A stretch of DNA of 64,000 bases. Source: a virus. Where the stretch lies: positions 50,313 to 114,312 of the IMG/VR virus record IMGVR_UViG_3300021185_003853; one strand, written 5' to 3'. Made by a program: the position numbers and the translations under genes. Shown here in pieces: positions 38,988 through 48,135 of this stretch (the stretch's first letter is position 1; each line of letters starts with the position of its first letter). The notes under the pieces were generated by a model. The model did no database searches. It had not been told where the DNA came from and saw only the letters and a program-made list of their open reading frames with translations.

Positions 38988-40846
38988 TGAGCACTATTAA
39001 ATTAAGACGATCATCACTAACAGGCACACCTATTGTCGGTACGCTCGGCGAAGGCGAAATCGCATATTCTTTTTTAGCAAATAATGGGTCGAATGGCGGT
39101 GACATTTTATACATTGGTACAACTGATGATGCATCATCTTTATCTGTGCCGATAGGCGGTAAATATTTTACTGACCTGTTAGGAGCATCGGCAGGAACAT
39201 TGCCTGCAAGTAAAGCAATTATAACAGACGCAAACTCTCGTGTCAACGAAATAAAAATCGGTGACACCACAAACCATTTACAATTCATTGCAACAACCGG
39301 TGAAACTGCCGCTCTAAATTTAACAATTAGCGCAGGTGGATTAAATTTCTCTGGCGGCAATCTTGTGTCGGATGGCACCGCAACAATTACTGGTTTGCCC
39401 ACTCCCACAAATGATTCTGATGTTGCAACAAAAGGATATGTCACAACTGTTGCATCAGGTCTTAATATCTCTGCCGGAGGACAATCAGGAACGGTTGATG
39501 GAGGTCAAACTTTCTCATTTGCTGGCGATCAGGGTGTAACAGCAATATTCGATGACGCTACTGATACTTTAACAATTGGATTGCAGCAAGTTCTGGACAC
39601 AGATGCAGATGTTGCATTCGGATCAGTCACGGTTGGTGAAACATCGGATAGGATAAAAATTAGCAATGATACTGTCGAGCAAGTAGAACCGCAAATCTAC
39701 GTAGAATTTGACGGGTCAGACACTAGTGTTGTGGACTTAACAACAAATACGTTTACTGTTAACAATCATGGATTATCAGATAACGATGTTGTCACCTATA
39801 CTCACGCTGGGACAGGTTCAGCATTTGATGCATTGACTCCAGGAACTTCTTACTATGTTGTGAACTCGGATATCAACACATTTAAATTATCTGCTCAACT
39901 GGGCGGATCGATTCAAGATATTCATTCACAAGCAACTGGTGGCGGAACATCAGATGTAATAAAAACTGCTTCAAATCCTCTCAATTTATTTGCGACAACT
40001 GATCAAATCACATTAGGTTCAAGTGTTAATAGTACAGTTGCAATTCAAGATAATCTAACAGTCGGCGGAAACGCAATAATCACTGGCGACTTAACTGTAA
40101 ACGGAACAAGCACCACTGTTAATTCAACGGTTGTTCAAGTTGATGATCCTATACTCGAACTTGGCACAAACTCAGTTGATTATGACGGATTAGGTCGTGG
40201 CGTCAAGTTCAATTATAGCGAAAGTGGAAATAAAGTCGGTTTCTTCGGTTATGATGTTAAAAACGCTGCTGACGACACATCAGACGGTTCAGGTAAATTT
40301 AGATTTTTGACTGATGCAACAAATGTTGATGCTAATAATTTAGGTGGAACTGTAGGAACCATTATAGCAAATGTTGAGGGTGACGTTACAGGTAATGCTG
40401 ATACCGCAAGTGCATTTGATAGTGACAGATCTATAACAATAACAGGTGCCGTAGAAAGCGGTGCTGATGCCGGTTCGGGTTTTGTTTCAGGTGCTGTTAC
40501 ATGGGATGGTTCTGGCGCATTAACGATTGACACAAGATTAACATCATCAGTCGGTTCACTTTTAGGATCTTATGTTGAAAATGTGACGATCCCGGGAACA
40601 TACGATGGCTCATCTGTTTTCACTGCAGTAACTGGAGGTAGTGCGATTGTTGTTGATAGTATCAACAGTCAAACTTCAGGTAACAGAATAAGTGTTGATG
40701 TTAATACGGCGACAACAAGAGCAAACGCAACAGGTATCACAAAAGCAGAATTAGGTGTTGCATCGTTTAGTGCTACATCATTCAGTGTTACTGATGGGTG
40801 GGTTGATCTGAATATCGTAGACGGCGGGTCATACGGCACTGGATAA
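38987..40846 (+). CDS. Tail fibre-like protein
   Basis: IKLRRS...LGEGEIAY start; PTNDSDVATKGYV; GDLTVNGTSTTVNST; one HG-L module; terminal DGGSY. Confidence 0.75.
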   Translation: MSTIKLRRSSLTGTPIVGTLGEGEIAYSFLANNGSNGGDILYIGTTDDASSLSVPIGGKYFTDLLGASAGTLPASKAIITDANSRVNEIKIGDTTNHLQFIATTGETAALNLTISAGGLNFSGGNLVSDGTATITGLPTPTNDSDVATKGYVTTVASGLNISAGGQSGTVDGGQTFSFAGDQGVTAIFDDATDTLTIGLQQVLDTDADVAFGSVTVGETSDRIKISNDTVEQVEPQIYVEFDGSDTSVVDLTTNTFTVNNHGLSDNDVVTYTHAGTGSAFDALTPGTSYYVVNSDINTFKLSAQLGGSIQDIHSQATGGGTSDVIKTASNPLNLFATTDQITLGSSVNSTVAIQDNLTVGGNAIITGDLTVNGTSTTVNSTVVQVDDPILELGTNSVDYDGLGRGVKFNYSESGNKVGFFGYDVKNAADDTSDGSGKFRFLTDATNVDANNLGGTVGTIIANVEGDVTGNADTASAFDSDRSITITGAVESGADAGSGFVSGAVTWDGSGALTIDTRLTSSVGSLLGSYVENVTIPGTYDGSSVFTAVTGGSAIVVDSINSQTSGNRISVDVNTATTRANATGITKAELGVASFSATSFSVTDGWVDLNIVDGGSYGTG

Positions 40847-40876
40847 ATATAATTGTATTATACAAGGCGATCATAG

Positions 40877-43800
40877 ATGTCAACTATTAAATTAAAAAAT
40901 AGCATTGTTCCAGGCGAACGGCCAGTTGTTGCTCCTTTAGACGATGAAACTAATGAGCTGATTCTCGGAGAAATTGCAATCAATACGCATGACGGTAAAA
41001 TGTTCATGCGTAAAGATCAAGACGGCACTATCTCTTTGCAAGAGGTAGGGCAGCGTGATATTGCTGAAAATGTTTTCTATGTTTCTAAAATAGGTGACGA
41101 TTCGAATGATGGTAAAACTATCGGCACAGCATTTGCATCAATTGAACAAGCGTTATTGAGAGCAACACCTATAACAGTCACATTTGATGTTCGTTCAGGT
41201 GCAACAATTGATATTGATGTTGCAACTAACACTATTCATTTGCCCGGTCATGTTTTTGACGATGGTGATGAAGTCATATATAGAGAAAATCTAGGATCTT
41301 ATTCTTCATTAACAAATGGACAACAATACTTCATAAGAAAGTATCCTAATCCATCAAACCTGGAAATTCTTCGAGAAAAGGTTCAACTGTATACAACTAG
41401 AAATGGCGCAATATCAGGACTATCTGCAGATTTAGTTACACTTGCAGTTTCAGGTTTAGGTAATGCGCATTCCTTAACACGAGACACAAAGCAAACCACA
41501 ATCTTTGTTAAAAGTGGGACGTACACTTTAAATAATGTTGTTCGTGGCACTGCACCAATGGGTGGCATTGTTGTTCCTAAAAATGTTTCAATTGTAGGTG
41601 ATAACTTAAGAACAACAAGAGTCAAAGGGTTACATGCAGGAAACGATCTTTTTTATGTTCAAAATGCGTCTTATATAACAAACCTAACATTTGAAGGTAT
41701 GCAAAGAGATGCCTCGCAACCTCGAGATCCTGCTGCTGTTTCATTCCCACCTATTGCGTTACAAGAAGGCGGTGTTGCTAATCCGATTTCAACAAGTCCT
41801 TATATAGAAAATTGTACAGCGTTTAATACGACTGCAACAGGCATGTTGATTGACGGAAGTTTGACTACAGGATTAAGATCAATGGTATCTGATTCGTTTA
41901 CGCAAATCAATGCTGGCGGTACAGGTGTTCACATCGTTAATCGTGGGTATGCTCAACTTGTCTCCATCTTTACTGTTTCATGTGATCACGCTGTATTATG
42001 TGAATCAGGCGGACAATGCTCATTAACAAACTCAAACGCATCGTTTGGTAATTTTGGATTAAAGGCAACTGGTGCATCTGAGTCATTGTATAGAGGTGTT
42101 ATTAACGCTAACGCAGTTCCGTTTGCCGACTATCTTGAAATAACAACACCAACACCTCCTAAATACGGAGATGCATTCTTGGTCAATGATGTTGATCGAC
42201 AACTGATTTCAAAATGCTCTCGTGACACAGGATTAATTGTAGATGCGGTTGCTCAAGATTTAGTATTGCAAACCAATTTCAAATCTATCTACGCAGGTAT
42301 CGCATATCAACGTAAAAATGCATTAGCAGATGCACAAATGGTTGAAGATACAGCAAACGCATTGCTTGAAACAAAACGCCTTGTAGGATTGTTAGAAAAT
42401 GTCATTCCTGTAAAAACAACAAGTGATATAAGTTTTGATGTCATAACAGACATTATTAAGTTTGGTACGGTTATCGATAATGCGGGTCTAGGTACTGCGA
42501 CAGAACCAGAATCAACATTAGTAAACGGAGCATCCTCAGTCGGAACTGTTCCTGCATTGACATTTGTTGATGTGCTGAATCGAGGTTCTGGTTTTGAAGA
42601 TGCAAAAGACAGATTAAAAACCAACAGATCATTTTTGCAAGAAGAAATAACAGCATACATTGCTGTTAATCATCCAAGTTTGACGTACAACACAAATAAA
42701 TGCAAAAGAGATGTTGGGTATATAATCGATGCACTACAATATGATTTGATGTATGGCGGAAATTCTGCAACAACTACCGCTGCTGAAAGTTATTTTGTGG
42801 GTGCAACATCGCAACTTGGCGCAGGGCAAAAAACAGCAACTGTAGATGCTTATGGTCGATTAGCAGATGTCTGTCAGCAAGTAATTTTAGGGACAACTGT
42901 TACTAAGTCAACAGGCAATAATGATGTTCAAGATATTTCAGGTTCTTCGGGTAGTGCATCAGCAGGCACAGCTGCACACGATTTAGTTGAAATTATCAAA
43001 GGTGTTATTGATGACGGAGACCTTGAAGCGTTACCTACAACGGTTCTTCCTGCATTTCCTACCACAGGAACTAACGCAGACGCAAAAATAGAAATAGATG
43101 GCAACAGACGTGCATTGAGAAATGCGACAACTGATTGGGTTATAATCAATACAGGATCAACTGATGATGGTAGCGGAAACGGTGATGGTAATGTATACTA
43201 CACTGTTGAAGGAATACAATCATCTCTTGACTTCACAGGAACTGATTTCAATGGTAACAATTTACCCGTATTTAATTCAAGTGGCGTACAAACAGGAACT
43301 GACACAATTCAAATAGCGAGTCATGGGTGGAAGCAAGGTCAACCTGTCAAATTCACAAAAGGGTTGACCGCCGGTCCTGGAGGATTGGTTGACGGTACAG
43401 TATATTTCATTAAGTATGTGACTGATGACAGTTTCAAACTTGCTACCGACTCAAATGATATAGATAATAGTATTCAGGTTCTATCGACACAAGGTACAGG
43501 TAATCACACACTGACGCCTAAGTTCTTTTATAACACAACAAAATGTCAAAGAGACGTAGGACTAATCCTTGATGCTGTTAAAGATGATGTATTGTTAGGC
43601 ACAAACTTTAACGCTGTGTATACCGGTATTGCATATCAACGTGCGAGCGCATATACTACAGTTACAAACTCAAATCAAAAGAATCCTACAATCGCTTCAA
43701 TGTTGGATACAAAACGTCTTGTTGGTCAATTGTCTGATATTTCATCGGATCCAGATGTCCTCGCAAGAGCGAATCATGCGTTTGATGAAATTATACACAT

Positions 43801-44815
43801 CTTCGAAGACGGAACTGTAAGTGTTTCAGAACCCGGAGACGGTGTTGCAGATGCATTATTCTTACCTAACACGTTAAATGCAAGTGCTGCTATTGTCACA
43901 TCAAAAGACGAATTGATTGCAAATAGATTAGCGTTACAGGATTTTGTGATAAATGAAGTTACAACAAACCATTCTGGTATCTTAACTAGTCCTAATTACA
44001 ATGAAACAAAGTGTAGGAGAGATGTTGGGTACATAGTTGATGCATTGTGTTATGATTTACTATACAACACAAATTCAGCGACATTGCGAGTCGCAGAAAG
44101 TTATTATATTATTAATGATGCAGGACAAACAGTTGCACAGTTAGGAAATGACCCAGCAACTGTCGATGCAACTGAAGCAGTATACACTGCATTAAAAAAT
44201 GAACTTGCAAACGTGATAACTGATTCAGGAGCAACAGCAACTGCTCAGGCGCTGATGGATCAAATTATTGGGTACATAGATTCTTCTGCATTTGAATTAG
44301 ATGAACTAACTGAATTATCGACAACAGGTGTTGTTGTTAAATTCATCGCAGGTCAGACGGCGATAACAGATAACAGATCACAAATTCAAGCAACATCAGG
44401 ACAAGGAATCGATGTATATCGTGTTACGCCACTTGAAGATGTGCGTGATGCATTTGTTTCAGGCCATGGCGTAAACTTCAGAAAACGAAGTTTGATCGCC
44501 GCTAGTTCGATGACATTCGAGTATGTCGGAACAGGCATTGAGATACAAGGTCTAACAGACGCAGGTGCAAATACGGATGATTTATATAACAGACCTCGAA
44601 CAAATGACTTCCCGAAAACGGAAAATGAAGTTATATTTGACGAGGACACAAACTTAGGTGCTGTTTATTTCACATCCACAGATCATAAAGGTGATTTTAG
44701 AATCGGATCTGAAATGCGCATAAATAGAACTGCGGGTAGAATCGAAGGAAATACTTTCGACAGATCATTATTCTCAGTTATGACACCATACATATTAGCA
44801 ATCGAAGGCAATTAA
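40877..44815 (+). CDS. Tailspike/fibre with pectin-lyase-like beta-helix, two HG modules and four KCxRD phycobiliprotein-like repeats
   Basis: VFYVSK.GDDSNDG....AFASI; IFVKSGTY; SIVGDNLR; SPYIENCT; FTQINAGG; GYAQLVSIFT; C-terminal VYFTSTDHKGDFRIG. Confidence 0.8.
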   Translation: MSTIKLKNSIVPGERPVVAPLDDETNELILGEIAINTHDGKMFMRKDQDGTISLQEVGQRDIAENVFYVSKIGDDSNDGKTIGTAFASIEQALLRATPITVTFDVRSGATIDIDVATNTIHLPGHVFDDGDEVIYRENLGSYSSLTNGQQYFIRKYPNPSNLEILREKVQLYTTRNGAISGLSADLVTLAVSGLGNAHSLTRDTKQTTIFVKSGTYTLNNVVRGTAPMGGIVVPKNVSIVGDNLRTTRVKGLHAGNDLFYVQNASYITNLTFEGMQRDASQPRDPAAVSFPPIALQEGGVANPISTSPYIENCTAFNTTATGMLIDGSLTTGLRSMVSDSFTQINAGGTGVHIVNRGYAQLVSIFTVSCDHAVLCESGGQCSLTNSNASFGNFGLKATGASESLYRGVINANAVPFADYLEITTPTPPKYGDAFLVNDVDRQLISKCSRDTGLIVDAVAQDLVLQTNFKSIYAGIAYQRKNALADAQMVEDTANALLETKRLVGLLENVIPVKTTSDISFDVITDIIKFGTVIDNAGLGTATEPESTLVNGASSVGTVPALTFVDVLNRGSGFEDAKDRLKTNRSFLQEEITAYIAVNHPSLTYNTNKCKRDVGYIIDALQYDLMYGGNSATTTAAESYFVGATSQLGAGQKTATVDAYGRLADVCQQVILGTTVTKSTGNNDVQDISGSSGSASAGTAAHDLVEIIKGVIDDGDLEALPTTVLPAFPTTGTNADAKIEIDGNRRALRNATTDWVIINTGSTDDGSGNGDGNVYYTVEGIQSSLDFTGTDFNGNNLPVFNSSGVQTGTDTIQIASHGWKQGQPVKFTKGLTAGPGGLVDGTVYFIKYVTDDSFKLATDSNDIDNSIQVLSTQGTGNHTLTPKFFYNTTKCQRDVGLILDAVKDDVLLGTNFNAVYTGIAYQRASAYTTVTNSNQKNPTIASMLDTKRLVGQLSDISSDPDVLARANHAFDEIIHIFEDGTVSVSEPGDGVADALFLPNTLNASAAIVTSKDELIANRLALQDFVINEVTTNHSGILTSPNYNETKCRRDVGYIVDALCYDLLYNTNSATLRVAESYYIINDAGQTVAQLGNDPATVDATEAVYTALKNELANVITDSGATATAQALMDQIIGYIDSSAFELDELTELSTTGVVVKFIAGQTAITDNRSQIQATSGQGIDVYRVTPLEDVRDAFVSGHGVNFRKRSLIAASSMTFEYVGTGIEIQGLTDAGANTDDLYNRPRTNDFPKTENEVIFDEDTNLGAVYFTSTDHKGDFRIGSEMRINRTAGRIEGNTFDRSLFSVMTPYILAIEGN

Positions 44816-44816
44816 A

Positions 44817-45161
44817 ATGGCACAATTAAATACGTTTAAGTCAGTACAACATAAATTCAAATTATCTTCAGCGGGAGATTCTGATAAATTAGTTTACAAA
44901 GCACCGTTCGGATATACAGCAATTGTTCTGAATGCACAATGTGCAAATATTGGTGCGGCAGATAGAACTGTCACATTTAAACTGAAAAAAGGAACAACAG
45001 AATCTATATTGGTTGATGAATTGGTTATCCCGCCAAACGATGCTGCTAACTTAGCAACAGGTAAATTAGTTCTACAAACAGGTGATGAATTAATCGGGTT
45101 TGCTAGCGATGCAAATGATTTAGATTTAACATTAAGTTTCTTGGAAACATTAGATGCGTAG
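44817..45161 (+). CDS. Conserved small virion protein
   Basis: LNTFKS...VYKAP.GYTAIVL.AQ.AN...IPPNDA...GKLVLQTGD...LSFLET; 114 aa following the spike gene. Confidence 0.7.
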   Translation: MAQLNTFKSVQHKFKLSSAGDSDKLVYKAPFGYTAIVLNAQCANIGAADRTVTFKLKKGTTESILVDELVIPPNDAANLATGKLVLQTGDELIGFASDANDLDLTLSFLETLDA

Positions 45162-48135
45162 ATTTGCGAGTAATTATCTTTCAGGTCGTGTAAAAACCAC
45201 GCCACGAAGCGAAGTTACTGCTGATCGATATGACTATTTAGGTCTAGATCAAGCAGAACCTAATTTCGGTTTACCAATTTCGCCCAATAATGGGGCAAAT
45301 TGCTTCCTTATGTCAACCGGTGGAACCGGCGATAGATTTTTCGTGGGATTGGGCACCGATCTTGCTTTAGAAGATGCAGGTAACAATCAATTCAAAATAG
45401 GTATTAGTGGAGAAGCAACATCAACGATTACACAAACATCTATAAACGCATCTTCATTGCAATTAACAAGTAATGTAGGTGCAACAACAGATCGCCCGAT
45501 ACAAATCACAAGCACACAGGACATTACTGAAACTGAAGTCACTTCGGGTAATTTTGTTGCAGGCGAAACATATAGAATAACTGTTTATGGTAGTGATGGC
45601 GACACAAACTGGGACGCAATAGATGAAACTAGCCAAGCAAATAAATCATATCAAGTCGGCACATTGTTTAAGGCAGGCGCAGGACAGGTTGGTTCAGTTG
45701 GTTCAACCCCAGGCAAAGCAGTTTTACAACCCGCTTTAGATGTTGCAGGTGGAGGCAAATTCCATAAATCTATTAACATATTAACTGGCGGATTACAATT
45801 ACAAAATTCAACGTCAATAGATTTAATTGCAGGTGACATTAGTGCTGTGCCTGACTTAATTGGGACATATGATGGCTCTATAAAATCTAACTGGAATTCC
45901 AGTCATATTGACTTCACCCAAGGAATTGAGTTTCGTCCCGCAAGCTTTGAACATACCCCAGCATATAATATTGCAGCCCCTAATGATGCTAATAGTCTAG
46001 CGTTTAAAATATGCAAAAATATAAATTTAGATAATGCTATTACTCAAGGCAATACAATAGTATTCGGAAAAAATGAGCAATATGAGGTCAATGCTGACGG
46101 CAACCTTCCGACCACCCCTTCATATACTCACTTTCTGACAAATCAACATCTTAAATTGATACCGGCGCAAGTTTCTGCGGCCACAGAAAATGATCCCGCA
46201 GTTCCCGGGACTGTTTTTATCGATGGTAATTTGGTTGTTAATGGGACACAAACAACGGTCAATAGTACAGACCTTTCAATTTCTGACAAAACGATTGTTC
46301 TTGCAAACGGTGCTAGAGATGCAGTCGAAACAGATGGCGCAGGAATAATATTCGGCGATACAACAGCAACGGGTTCTTATTGGACTGATGCAACTGTTCC
46401 TGCAATAAAATATGATGCTGATTCATCGACAGGTGCGACAGCGACTGATGGACAGTTTACAGTCAACAGAGTTATTGAGGCAACAGGATTTAGTGTACCT
46501 GGGGGAACTGCTGGTCAAATCGTTACTATCGGCGGAACAATAGATAATGATTTCTCGACAACCGACACATTATTTACACTTGGAACAAATACTAGTGGCG
46601 CCAATGCAAGTGACCCAGGATTATTAACATTAACGCCATCATCAGGATCCACAGACACTGTTGAGTTTCATGGAAATAATGGAATTGAAATAACATCAAC
46701 TCCTGAAGTAACAACGCAAGGATCAGAGGCGAATGCCAAGATTACGATTGACGGATCACAAGTTACTGGTACGGTTTATGGTTTTATAGCTGATAATTAT
46801 CCAACTGTTGGTGGCGCTATTGCCTTTGGGATTAGTGGAACACAAGGAACAACGCAATTACCCGCTGATCTCATGCCGTTTATTGGTGCAGGTAACATAG
46901 ATATTTCATATAATAGTAATGATGCAACAGTCAATGGACGTGCAGTCACAATTAAAGATACAAATACGCCTTCATATAGTGCAGCAGACGCATCATTGAC
47001 GGTGAATAATAATGAAGGGACTACCGATCCTGGTATTATATGTTCACTACAGGCTACTCACAAATTTGCGAATGTGTTAAAGGCGAAGAGAGTAAATTCT
47101 AGGACAGCAGTTGGCGGTAGCAGTGATGATGCAATTGTTGAAATTGAAATGACTCGTGATGTCGGCGACAACGCATTAGGCACTCAAAAATGGCTATCAT
47201 TCCGAAATACTGGTAGCGGTAGAGCCAATTATGGCGGGAATAGTGATTACGAGCAAGGTTCAATTGCAGCTGTTCAACCCGATTCAACAACAATCACTGG
47301 ACCACAGGCAACAAAAGAATGGTCAGGGATAAGAGTTTGGGGAAGAAATAATATTCATTTTGATGTGCTTGATTGGTCAAGCATAAGCAATGGTCCTGCT
47401 GAGGGTCCTAGCTGGCTATTAACTCATCCTCAAAGAAAGTTGAGTATCACTGAAGGTAATGTAATTTTATCTAACGGCACGAATATTGAATCAAAAGGAA
47501 CGAATTATAATACAACCTTAGCATTCCCAGATGCCGCTACAGCAGACATAACATTAACTTTACCAGATCAAACTTCAACACTTGCAACCCTTGCTGATCT
47601 TGCTGGTGCAGCTGGCGGAGAGTTACATACTGAAGACGGCGGAACCACGGATATAGAAAATTATATCGTCTTTGCATCTACTGGCGTTAGTGATGATGAT
47701 ACGACACAAGACCCATTAACAAGCACAGGATTGAGATACAACACATCAACAAGTAGTTTAACGGTTGGCGGCGATGTTACATTATCAGGAACATTGACTG
47801 CTGTGACCAAGTCATTCTTGATTGATCACCCAACTAAAGACAACATGAAGTTACAATATGCATCTTTAGAAGGACCTGAAAATGGCGTTTACGTCAGAGG
47901 ACGATTATCAGATAATAATGTTATTGAGTTGCCTGATTATTGGACAGGTTTAGTTGATGAGTCAACAATTACTGTTAATCTCACACCCATAGGATCACAT
48001 CAACAACTATACGTTGAAGATGTTATTGACAATACTGTTGTCGTGGGTTCAAATGACACAATTAATTGCTTCTATACCGTATTCGCAGAACGAAACGATG
48101 TTGAAAAATTGGTAGTCGAATACGAGGATGTGTAA
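45154..48135 (+). CDS. Long tail fibre-like protein
   Basis: YLSGRVK...RYDYLGLDQAEPNFG start; GNLVVNGTQTTVNST; C-terminal KSFLIDHPTK..LQYASLEGPENGVYVRG..IELPDYW domain. Confidence 0.75.
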   Translation: MRRFASNYLSGRVKTTPRSEVTADRYDYLGLDQAEPNFGLPISPNNGANCFLMSTGGTGDRFFVGLGTDLALEDAGNNQFKIGISGEATSTITQTSINASSLQLTSNVGATTDRPIQITSTQDITETEVTSGNFVAGETYRITVYGSDGDTNWDAIDETSQANKSYQVGTLFKAGAGQVGSVGSTPGKAVLQPALDVAGGGKFHKSINILTGGLQLQNSTSIDLIAGDISAVPDLIGTYDGSIKSNWNSSHIDFTQGIEFRPASFEHTPAYNIAAPNDANSLAFKICKNINLDNAITQGNTIVFGKNEQYEVNADGNLPTTPSYTHFLTNQHLKLIPAQVSAATENDPAVPGTVFIDGNLVVNGTQTTVNSTDLSISDKTIVLANGARDAVETDGAGIIFGDTTATGSYWTDATVPAIKYDADSSTGATATDGQFTVNRVIEATGFSVPGGTAGQIVTIGGTIDNDFSTTDTLFTLGTNTSGANASDPGLLTLTPSSGSTDTVEFHGNNGIEITSTPEVTTQGSEANAKITIDGSQVTGTVYGFIADNYPTVGGAIAFGISGTQGTTQLPADLMPFIGAGNIDISYNSNDATVNGRAVTIKDTNTPSYSAADASLTVNNNEGTTDPGIICSLQATHKFANVLKAKRVNSRTAVGGSSDDAIVEIEMTRDVGDNALGTQKWLSFRNTGSGRANYGGNSDYEQGSIAAVQPDSTTITGPQATKEWSGIRVWGRNNIHFDVLDWSSISNGPAEGPSWLLTHPQRKLSITEGNVILSNGTNIESKGTNYNTTLAFPDAATADITLTLPDQTSTLATLADLAGAAGGELHTEDGGTTDIENYIVFASTGVSDDDTTQDPLTSTGLRYNTSTSSLTVGGDVTLSGTLTAVTKSFLIDHPTKDNMKLQYASLEGPENGVYVRGRLSDNNVIELPDYWTGLVDESTITVNLTPIGSHQQLYVEDVIDNTVVVGSNDTINCFYTVFAERNDVEKLVVEYEDV

